From Ignavibacteria bacterium (GTDB taxonomy: Bacteria; Bacteroidota; Ignavibacteria; Tepidaquicellales; OLB5), in contig JAUQWQ010000041.1 in the NCBI GenBank assembly GCA_030835085.1, forward strand, positions 1,685 through 65,684: a DNA stretch of 64,000 nucleotides. Direction: 5' to 3'. The stretch's first letter is position 1. Every line of letters begins with the position of its first letter. Under the pieces are notes generated by a model. That model was not told the origin of the DNA. It saw only the letters and a program-made list of their open reading frames with translations, and made no database searches. Positions 57,850-64,000 of this stretch are shown here, piece by piece. Made by a program: the position numbers and the translations under genes.

Positions 57850-59364
57850 ATGCTTCCATTTGAATACATATTGCTTGTGCTCTCTGTCCTTATACTGATA
57901 AGCATAACATTAACCAAAATATCTGAAAATCTCGGACTACCTGCACTTATCCTGTTTCTTGTAGTAGGAATGCTTGCCGGCTCAGACGGTCCCGGAAAGA
58001 TATATTTTGATAATGTGTACATTGCTCAATATGTAGGCATAGTAGCGCTCATATTTATTTTATTTTCAGGCGGACTTGAAACCCGATGGCGGGATGTAAA
58101 ACCTGTAATGTGGACCGCTTTCAGCCTTTCAACACTGGGTGTAGTTTTAACTACAGCATCTTTGGGTGCTTTTGTACATTACTATTTTGGTTTGCCGCTG
58201 CTTGAAAGTCTGCTTATCGGCGCAATAATTTCATCCACTGATGCCGCGGCTGTATTTTCAGTGCTGCGGGCAAGGGGCACAAAGTTAAAAGGTAACATCA
58301 AACCATTACTTGAGCTTGAATCGGGCAGCAACGATCCCGCAGCTATTATACTTACAATTGTACTGATTCAGTTAATTCAGGCAGAAGATGTATCCGTATT
58401 CAGAATTATAATTTTCCTGTTACAGCAACTGGTGCTTGGTGCTGCAATTGGTTTTGGTGCGGGCAAACTGCTTTCGCTGGCATTCAATAAATTCAAATTT
58501 TCGTATCCCAGTTTATACCCTGTGTTTGCAATTGCATCTGCAATATTCGTTTATGCAATCGCCGCATCACTTGGCGCAAGCGGAATACTTGCTGTATATG
58601 TAGCGGCAGTAATATTGGGTAACAGTGAATTCATACAAAAGAAATCACTCATAAGGTTTTTTGATGGACTTGCGCTCCTTGGGCAGATTGTGATGTTCTT
58701 AACTCTTGGGTTACTTGTGTATCCGTCACAGCTTTATAATGTTATAGGGGCTGGGTTAATACTTTCTGCAGTTCTTATTTTCCTTGCAAGACCCATTGGT
58801 GTGTTTATTTCAATGCTATTCTCAAAATTCAAACTGAATGAGAAAATGTTCATTAGCTGGGTTGGATTAAGGGGAGCAGTACCGGTAATTCTCGCAACTT
58901 TTCCTTTGACTGCGGGACTTGAAATCGGTCCCTATATTTTCAACCTGATATTCTTTATCACGTTGACCTCAGCGCTTGTCCAGGGATGGTCAATTCCGCT
59001 TACCGCTAAATTATTCGGGGTCAGGGGCAAGGCTGAATTGAAATCACATTTACCGCTTGAAATGACAGACGGTGAAAAAACAAATAACGACCTGCTTGAT
59101 CTTATCATTCCGCAGAATTCAGCAGTAGCCGGGAGGTCACTTGCAGAGCTCAGCCTGCCGCCTGAAAGCCTGATAACCGTAATTTACAGGGATAACGACT
59201 ATGTTGTGCCAAGCGGCGGTTCAATACTTGAAGAAGGTGATATGATACTGGTTCTGGTAAACAAAGAAAATATTGGTGTTGTGAAGAAAATATTTACTCA
59301 GCTAAAAAGTAGCGAAAAAGTTGTGGGTTCTGTTAAGAAAACGGAGGATCATAAAAAGATCTGA
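57850..59364 (+). CDS. nhaP2: K+/H+ antiporter, CPA1 family NhaP2/CvrA type, with a C-terminal TrkA-C domain
   Basis: About 12 TM. ISSTDAAAVFSVL, LELESGSNDP, and a C-terminal RCK_C-like LEEGDMILVL. Confidence 0.85.
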   Translation: MLPFEYILLVLSVLILISITLTKISENLGLPALILFLVVGMLAGSDGPGKIYFDNVYIAQYVGIVALIFILFSGGLETRWRDVKPVMWTAFSLSTLGVVLTTASLGAFVHYYFGLPLLESLLIGAIISSTDAAAVFSVLRARGTKLKGNIKPLLELESGSNDPAAIILTIVLIQLIQAEDVSVFRIIIFLLQQLVLGAAIGFGAGKLLSLAFNKFKFSYPSLYPVFAIASAIFVYAIAASLGASGILAVYVAAVILGNSEFIQKKSLIRFFDGLALLGQIVMFLTLGLLVYPSQLYNVIGAGLILSAVLIFLARPIGVFISMLFSKFKLNEKMFISWVGLRGAVPVILATFPLTAGLEIGPYIFNLIFFITLTSALVQGWSIPLTAKLFGVRGKAELKSHLPLEMTDGEKTNNDLLDLIIPQNSAVAGRSLAELSLPPESLITVIYRDNDYVVPSGGSILEEGDMILVLVNKENIGVVKKIFTQLKSSEKVVGSVKKTEDHKKI

Positions 59365-59385
59365 TCGTTATATTTCAAAATTAAT

Positions 59386-60099
59386 ATGATAAATTGTGAA
59401 TGGGGAATTGAAGGCATCAATAAATATTCATCGGATTCTGATGTTACTGTAATCATTGATGTGCTTTCTTTTTCTACCTGTGTCGATATCGCTCTCAGCA
59501 GAAATGGGTTTATCTTTCCTTATAAGTTCAAGGATAGCTCAGCAATTGAATATGCGAAAACAAATAATGCTTTGCTAGCTTCGTTCAGCAGAAGTAAATG
59601 TGATTTTTCTCTTTCACCTGTATCCTTAAAAAATATCAATAAGGGAACGCGACTAGTTCTGCCTTCTCCCAATGGTTCTGAATTATCCTTAAGCTCAAGA
59701 TCAAGTGTAACATTGTGCGCTTGTTTAAGGAACTATAGGGCAGTTGCTGAATATGCCAATTCAATCAGCGAAAATATTGTTGTAATTCCGGCAGGGGAGA
59801 AATGGCCGAACGGAACAATAAGATTTGCAATTGAGGATTATCTGGGTGCAGGGGCCCTGATATCTGAATTGAAAGGGGAACTCTCGGGGGAAGCTAATGC
59901 AGCAAAAAAACTCTTTGGATCACTTAAACCGGAATTATATGATATTATTTCAGGAAGTTTATCGGGCAGAGAATTGATAGAAAAGGGATTTCCGGAAGAT
60001 GTTGATTTAGCTTTGGAATTGAATGCCGGGAGATCTGTACCGGTATTGGAAAATAAATGTTTTATTAATTCCCATAATCTGAAGATTGTTACAATCTAA
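59386..60099 (+). CDS. 2-phosphosulfolactate phosphatase (ComB) family protein
   Basis: VIIDVLSFSTCV near the N-terminus and overall size about 237 aa. Family call is from memory of the ComB pattern VVIDVLRA(S/T)T. Confidence 0.55.
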   Translation: MINCEWGIEGINKYSSDSDVTVIIDVLSFSTCVDIALSRNGFIFPYKFKDSSAIEYAKTNNALLASFSRSKCDFSLSPVSLKNINKGTRLVLPSPNGSELSLSSRSSVTLCACLRNYRAVAEYANSISENIVVIPAGEKWPNGTIRFAIEDYLGAGALISELKGELSGEANAAKKLFGSLKPELYDIISGSLSGRELIEKGFPEDVDLALELNAGRSVPVLENKCFINSHNLKIVTI

Positions 60100-60117
60100 T
60101 ATCTTGTTTTTTGATTA

Positions 60118-60141
60118 GCCCCGCTCTTCAGAGCGGGGGCC
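60118..60141 (+). terminator. GC-rich hairpin after the ComB-family gene (no U tract)
   Basis: gccccgctc-ttca-gagcgggggc. Confidence 0.4.
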
Positions 60142-60262
60142 TATGATATAACCATAATCAGGGACTTTCCTGACTTACCGGACGAAGTAAAGGAAGTAGT
60201 CCCGAATTATTATATACTTATAAAATCACCTATAGACCATTTTAACTATCAACAAAAATCCC

Positions 60263-60270
60263 TAACTTTG
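60263..60270 (+). promoter_or_regulatory. Candidate -7 element TAacTTTG upstream of the multicopper oxidase
   Basis: Exact TAnnTTTG match 31 nt upstream of the ATG at 60301. Confidence 0.3.
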
Positions 60271-60300
60271 CATCAATTATAAAATTCATACAGTTAATTC

Positions 60301-62043
60301 ATGAAAAGAAGAGATATGTTGATAAAGACGCTTGCTGCCGGAGCTCTTTTGACTATTCCTAAACCTCTGCAGATATTTGCAAACGAAAGGAAGAATGTCG
60401 TTTTGACCGAAGTTTCGGGCGCGGGAAACCCGCTGAGGTTTCCTCCGGTATTTACAAATGGCGGGAATATGACACTTGCAGAAACTACCGAGCAGGTTTG
60501 GCCGGGGCAGGATACACAGCTTGTCACAATCAATGGTTCATACCCGGGTCCAAGTGTTGTAATTGATAAGGGACAGACTTTCACAGCGAATGTGATTAAT
60601 AATCTTAATGAAGTTATAACTACACACTGGCACGGTGTAAGCGCTCCTGCAAATATGGATGGTCATCCCAGGGATGCTATAAACCCGGGTTCATCTTTCA
60701 CATATACTTTCCCCGTAATCAACAGGGGAGGAACATATTTTTATCATGCGCATGCTGATATGCTTACTGCTAAACAGGTGTACCGTGGATTCGCCGGATT
60801 TTTTATTGTCCGTGACCCCGCTGAAAATTATAACCTGCCTTCAGGTGCTTACGATGTTCCGTTATGTATCCAGGATAGAAGGATTGCTGATATTCCCAAT
60901 TTTACCTATAATCCCGGCTCACCTGAGCAGACCTGGGGTTACCTTGGTGATACAGTACTGGTAAACGGCACTCCCGATGCTTATTTTGAAGTCAGCAAAA
61001 CGCTTTACCGATTCAGACTTCTTAACGGCTCCAATTCCCGTGTTTACAGAATTGCTTTTTCGGATAACAGGTCTTTCAGTATAATCGGTACTGATGGCGG
61101 TTTAAAAGATGCACCGGTAACTGCAACTCAGTTTAATCTCGCGCCGGGAGAACGTGTTGAAATACTTGTTGATTTTTCGGGCAATACAATAGGCTCTAAT
61201 GTTACTCTAAGGTCACTTGCCTATACTTTCGGGGGGACCCTTCCTTATAAGCAGGGGATAGCGCTTGATATTATCAGGTTTGATGTAACGAATAATAACT
61301 CATCTGGCGGTATCATACCTGCAGCATTTAGTCCCATAACATATTATAATTCAAGCGAAGTTGTTGAAACAAGACAATTTGATCTGACAATGAGCGGCTC
61401 ACATCCTATGCATAAAATAAACGGTTTCACATTTGATATAAACAGAATTGACTGGACCACAAGGCTGAACTCACTTGAAAAATGGAGGATAAGAAACCTG
61501 ACCGCTGATTACCACCCGATGCATACACATGAAGCGCAGTGGCAGGTACTTTCAAGGAATAATAGCACAAATCTCCCGCCATCAGATAAAGGATGGAAGG
61601 ATACGGTTAATTTAAGTCCCGGTGAAACAGTTGAAGTACTTGTTAAATTCACTGACCATAAAGGACTTTATCTTTTCCATTGCCACAATCTTGAGCATGA
61701 AGATGACGGTATGATGCTGAATTTCGAGATCATTGATCCGATTGGAATAGAGCAGATAGGCACTGAAGTGCCGCGCAGTTTTGAGCTGCATCAAAACTAT
61801 CCGAATCCGTTCAACCCTTCAACAAAGATCAAATTTGATATAGCTGAGCGTGTTGCTGATAACGCTTCGCTAAAAATATTTGATATTCGCGGCAGGCAGG
61901 TTGCTGAATTGTATAATGGCAAAATTTCTGCCGGTTCATATGAAGCTGAATGGAAACCAAATTTTATGCCAAGCGGTACTTACTTCGCCAAATTAACAGC
62001 TGGCAATTTTACCAAAACCATTAAGCTGATATTGACTAAATAA
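60301..62043 (+). CDS. Multicopper oxidase (laccase/CueO-like) with a twin-arginine signal peptide and a T9SS C-terminal sorting domain
   Basis: MKRRDMLIKTLAAGALLTIPKP (RR-x-x-L Tat motif). Copper ligand motifs HWHG, YHAHA, HPMHTHE and HCHNLEHEDDGMM. C-terminus QNYPNPFNPSTKIKFDI...GTYFAKLTAGNFTKTIKLILTK. Confidence 0.9.
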   Translation: MKRRDMLIKTLAAGALLTIPKPLQIFANERKNVVLTEVSGAGNPLRFPPVFTNGGNMTLAETTEQVWPGQDTQLVTINGSYPGPSVVIDKGQTFTANVINNLNEVITTHWHGVSAPANMDGHPRDAINPGSSFTYTFPVINRGGTYFYHAHADMLTAKQVYRGFAGFFIVRDPAENYNLPSGAYDVPLCIQDRRIADIPNFTYNPGSPEQTWGYLGDTVLVNGTPDAYFEVSKTLYRFRLLNGSNSRVYRIAFSDNRSFSIIGTDGGLKDAPVTATQFNLAPGERVEILVDFSGNTIGSNVTLRSLAYTFGGTLPYKQGIALDIIRFDVTNNNSSGGIIPAAFSPITYYNSSEVVETRQFDLTMSGSHPMHKINGFTFDINRIDWTTRLNSLEKWRIRNLTADYHPMHTHEAQWQVLSRNNSTNLPPSDKGWKDTVNLSPGETVEVLVKFTDHKGLYLFHCHNLEHEDDGMMLNFEIIDPIGIEQIGTEVPRSFELHQNYPNPFNPSTKIKFDIAERVADNASLKIFDIRGRQVAELYNGKISAGSYEAEWKPNFMPSGTYFAKLTAGNFTKTIKLILTK

Positions 62044-62069
62044 TCAGGTTTAATAGATTAAACTTTTTT

Positions 62070-62103
62070 AACTTCAAAAGTCTATTAGACTTTTGAAGTT
62101 TTA
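62070..62103 (+). terminator. Intrinsic terminator
   Basis: aacttcaaaagtc-tatta-gacttttgaagtt followed by tta. Confidence 0.7.
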
Positions 62104-62132
62104 TCGTGCTTAACTGCATCAATAATATGATA

Positions 62133-62165
62133 AGACATCAGAAGTCAAAAAGACTTCTGATGTCT
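62133..62165 (-). terminator. Hairpin terminator for the minus-strand YhcH-family gene
   Basis: agacatcagaagtc-aaaaa-gacttctgatgtct (14-bp stem), 14 nt downstream of the stop at 62179. Confidence 0.6.
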
Positions 62166-62178
62166 GGTATGATTCTAC

Positions 62179-62628
62179 CTATAGCCTTACTTTTACAACA
62201 GCCTTTTTTACTTGCATCACTTCACCATCAAGTATTCCCGGCATGTGAATGTCATCAGGCAGAAATACAGCGAATTTTCCCTTCGGCAGCTTAATGTAAA
62301 ATGAAACTTCATCGTAAAATATTATATCCTTTTCTTCATTGTATTCAATTTTGATATTCTGATTTTCAAGATGAGCATAGCCGATATTTTCATTACCTGA
62401 AACAATAAACTGTATATCTGCATATTTTCTGTGTGCCTCAGGCAGTTTTTCGGTCGGACGCTTTGTTTCATAACTGCTTACCAGAACAAACACATCATCA
62501 CCCTCAATATCGTATTTGCCATCTGTAATCTTCGTAAGGTCAGTTTCAAGCAGGTACTTGAATCCCGTTTCAAATCTTTTGCCAAGCGAAAAATACTTAC
62601 TGCAGTTTTCCAGCTTATCCAGTATCAT
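62179..62628 (-). CDS. YhcH/YjgK/YiaL (DUF386, EbgC-like) family protein
   Basis: EAHRKYADIQFIVSGNE, GKFAVFLPDDIHMPG and KKAVVKV parallel E. coli YhcH blocks (from memory). Confidence 0.8.
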   Translation of the reverse strand: MILDKLENCSKYFSLGKRFETGFKYLLETDLTKITDGKYDIEGDDVFVLVSSYETKRPTEKLPEAHRKYADIQFIVSGNENIGYAHLENQNIKIEYNEEKDIIFYDEVSFYIKLPKGKFAVFLPDDIHMPGILDGEVMQVKKAVVKVRL

Positions 62629-62791
62629 TTTATATAATATTAATTATCAATTATTCAGGAATGCAAAATAACAATTATTCATTTCATATTTACAGGATAA
62701 AGTAACAAAAAAATCAGGCGGTGATATTAGTTAATAGAGTATTATTTCTAATAGATTTTATTTAAATTTAGATAATCATTCGCATAAAATT

Positions 62792-64000
62792 ATGAAAAAA
62801 TTATATATATTGTTACTGCTTGCGATAATCAGTGAAAGTGTAATTTCACAGAATTATTCGCCATACATTCCATTAATGACATCAGGAACACCGATAACAA
62901 CAGGAGTAAGGTACCCCGGCGCAGCGGGATATTCCGCGAATGATTCAGCCTGGGTTTATGTACTGGGCGGCCTGCAGGATGGCAATGCCATCACAAATAC
63001 TGTTTACAGGTATAACGTGCTGGCTGATTCATGGAGCACTTTAACAAACTTCCCTGACGGGAATTACTGGATAAGTGCAGCGGCCGTGATGGGTAATAAG
63101 CTTTACAGCCTTGGCGGAACATATACGCTTGCGTTAAATGAGTGCACTCCACGGGTCAAAATTTACAATTTAGCAACAAATACCTGGTCAGATGGAGCTA
63201 ATATGCCGTATGGCAGAGTGTTCCATTCAGTTACAGTTTACCAGGATAGCCTGATTTACTGTGCCGGAGGCTGGGGATTCCCAAGCGGTACTGTATATAA
63301 TGATGTTTACCTGTATAACTCAAACAGCAATACATGGCGTCCTGCAAGCAGCATGCCAGCTCCGCGTTGCGGTGGTGTTCTTGCCGCTGCGGGTGATACG
63401 CTGGTTTATGTTTGCGGGGGACCCAACTGGACAAATCCCGCAGCTACCAATTCAGTTTTCCGCGGTGTGATCAGCCAAAGTGACCGCAGTATAATCACAT
63501 GGGATTCCACCGGAGCAGTTTATCCGGCAGGAGTAAGGAATTCAATTTACGGCGCGGCATGGGGAAATAAAGGCGTTATTGTCAGCGGAGGTTACCAGGT
63601 TTCATCGGTCACAAACCAGTGTTATGTTTATTCACCCGGCGCGAATACATGGACCCCGCAGCCAACGCTGCTTGCGCCAAAGACCGATCACGGTGCTGCA
63701 AGTGTCCACATTGGCAGTATCTGGAAGTTTGTGAGTGTTACAGGAACATCAAACCGCAGTGCCAATTCAAACACGGTGAATATTCTTACTGATACAATGA
63801 CCGGAATAACCGGAATTGTACAGACAGGTAATAATATTCCTGATGGATTTTCAATCAAACAGAATTTTCCAAATCCGTTTAACCCGGTAACAACAATTAA
63901 TTTTTCAATTGCATCAGGCAATTTAAATAAAGTATATACATCTTTGATAGTCTATGATATCATGGGCAGAAAAGTTGACAACATATTTGCAGGTGAGCTG
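62792..64000 (+). CDS. Kelch-repeat beta-propeller protein with a T9SS C-terminal sorting domain; 3' end beyond the window
   Basis: Not in the ORF track (no stop in the window). Own translation from the ATG at 62792: MKKLYILLLLAIISESVISQ (signal peptide), repeated ..LY.LGG...N.VY.YN...N.W......P.. Kelch motifs, then KQNFPNPFNPVTTINFSIASG...VYDIMGRKVDNIFAGEL at the window edge. Confidence 0.85.
   Translation, partial: MKKLYILLLLAIISESVISQNYSPYIPLMTSGTPITTGVRYPGAAGYSANDSAWVYVLGGLQDGNAITNTVYRYNVLADSWSTLTNFPDGNYWISAAAVMGNKLYSLGGTYTLALNECTPRVKIYNLATNTWSDGANMPYGRVFHSVTVYQDSLIYCAGGWGFPSGTVYNDVYLYNSNSNTWRPASSMPAPRCGGVLAAAGDTLVYVCGGPNWTNPAATNSVFRGVISQSDRSIITWDSTGAVYPAGVRNSIYGAAWGNKGVIVSGGYQVSSVTNQCYVYSPGANTWTPQPTLLAPKTDHGAASVHIGSIWKFVSVTGTSNRSANSNTVNILTDTMTGITGIVQTGNNIPDGFSIKQNFPNPFNPVTTINFSIASGNLNKVYTSLIVYDIMGRKVDNIFAGEL

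Noticed and set aside
60161-60203. Long imperfect hairpin gggactttcct...aggaagtagtccc upstream of the multicopper oxidase, considered as a metal-responsive riboswitch or leader
   Set aside because: It lies upstream of the candidate promoter element (60263), shows no similarity to any riboswitch class I can recall, and is probably part of the terminator region of the preceding gene.
6545-64000. The recurring nucleotide motif cagaaytatccnaatccgttyaayccn seen 7-8 times, considered as a dispersed repeat or CRISPR-like array
   Set aside because: It is the coding sequence of the conserved NYPNPFNP motif of T9SS sorting domains in separate genes. It has no regular spacing and no spacer architecture.
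1-64000. Sigma-54 promoters (TGGCAC-N5-TTGC), given that rpoN is in the window
   Set aside because: The only TGGCAC strings I found by eye (around 6339 and 24418) are inside coding regions and lack the TTGC element. A proper matrix scan would be needed.

Overview
This is an AT-rich bacterial chromosomal segment (GC judged by eye, not computed). It is most likely from the FCB superphylum (Ignavibacteria/Bacteroidota-like). Two observations support that: seven proteins end in the type-IX-secretion (T9SS) C-terminal sorting domain (..NYPNPFNP.T.I.F....GIYFY.....KKMILVK), and several intergenic regions carry the Bacteroidota-type TAnnTTTG -7 promoter element. I can support about 56 protein genes, one tRNA-Arg(ACG) and many intrinsic terminators. 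Two of the genes are edge-truncated and absent from the ORF track: an M23 peptidase at 1-641 (-) and a Kelch/T9SS protein at 62792-64000 (+). Most of the window is ordinary housekeeping or core metabolism: gnd-zwf-pgl, glgP, rfbAC, dprA-rpoN-hslVU, thiolase-hbd-acyl-CoA dehydrogenase-tpiA, gatB, sucC, lhgO-pruA, ogt, secA and nhaP2. I saw no CRISPR array, transposase, integrase, toxin-antitoxin pair or recognisable defence system, so I cannot point to a clear multi-gene novel system. The observations most worth a second look are: (1) a multihaem c-type cytochrome with a T9SS sorting domain; (2) a multicopper oxidase with both a twin-arginine signal and a T9SS sorting domain; (3) a 360-bp gap with an orphan minus-strand terminator, strand-asymmetric hairpins and a 59-codon ORF just under the track threshold; (4) a duplicated tRNA-Arg 3' half plus terminator; (5) two mutually inverted perfect 24-nt palindromes in front of secA; (6) a T9SS-cargo island (44.5-52.6 kb) containing a decayed sorting-domain relic. 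All functional calls come from motif recognition by eye. No database search was run.
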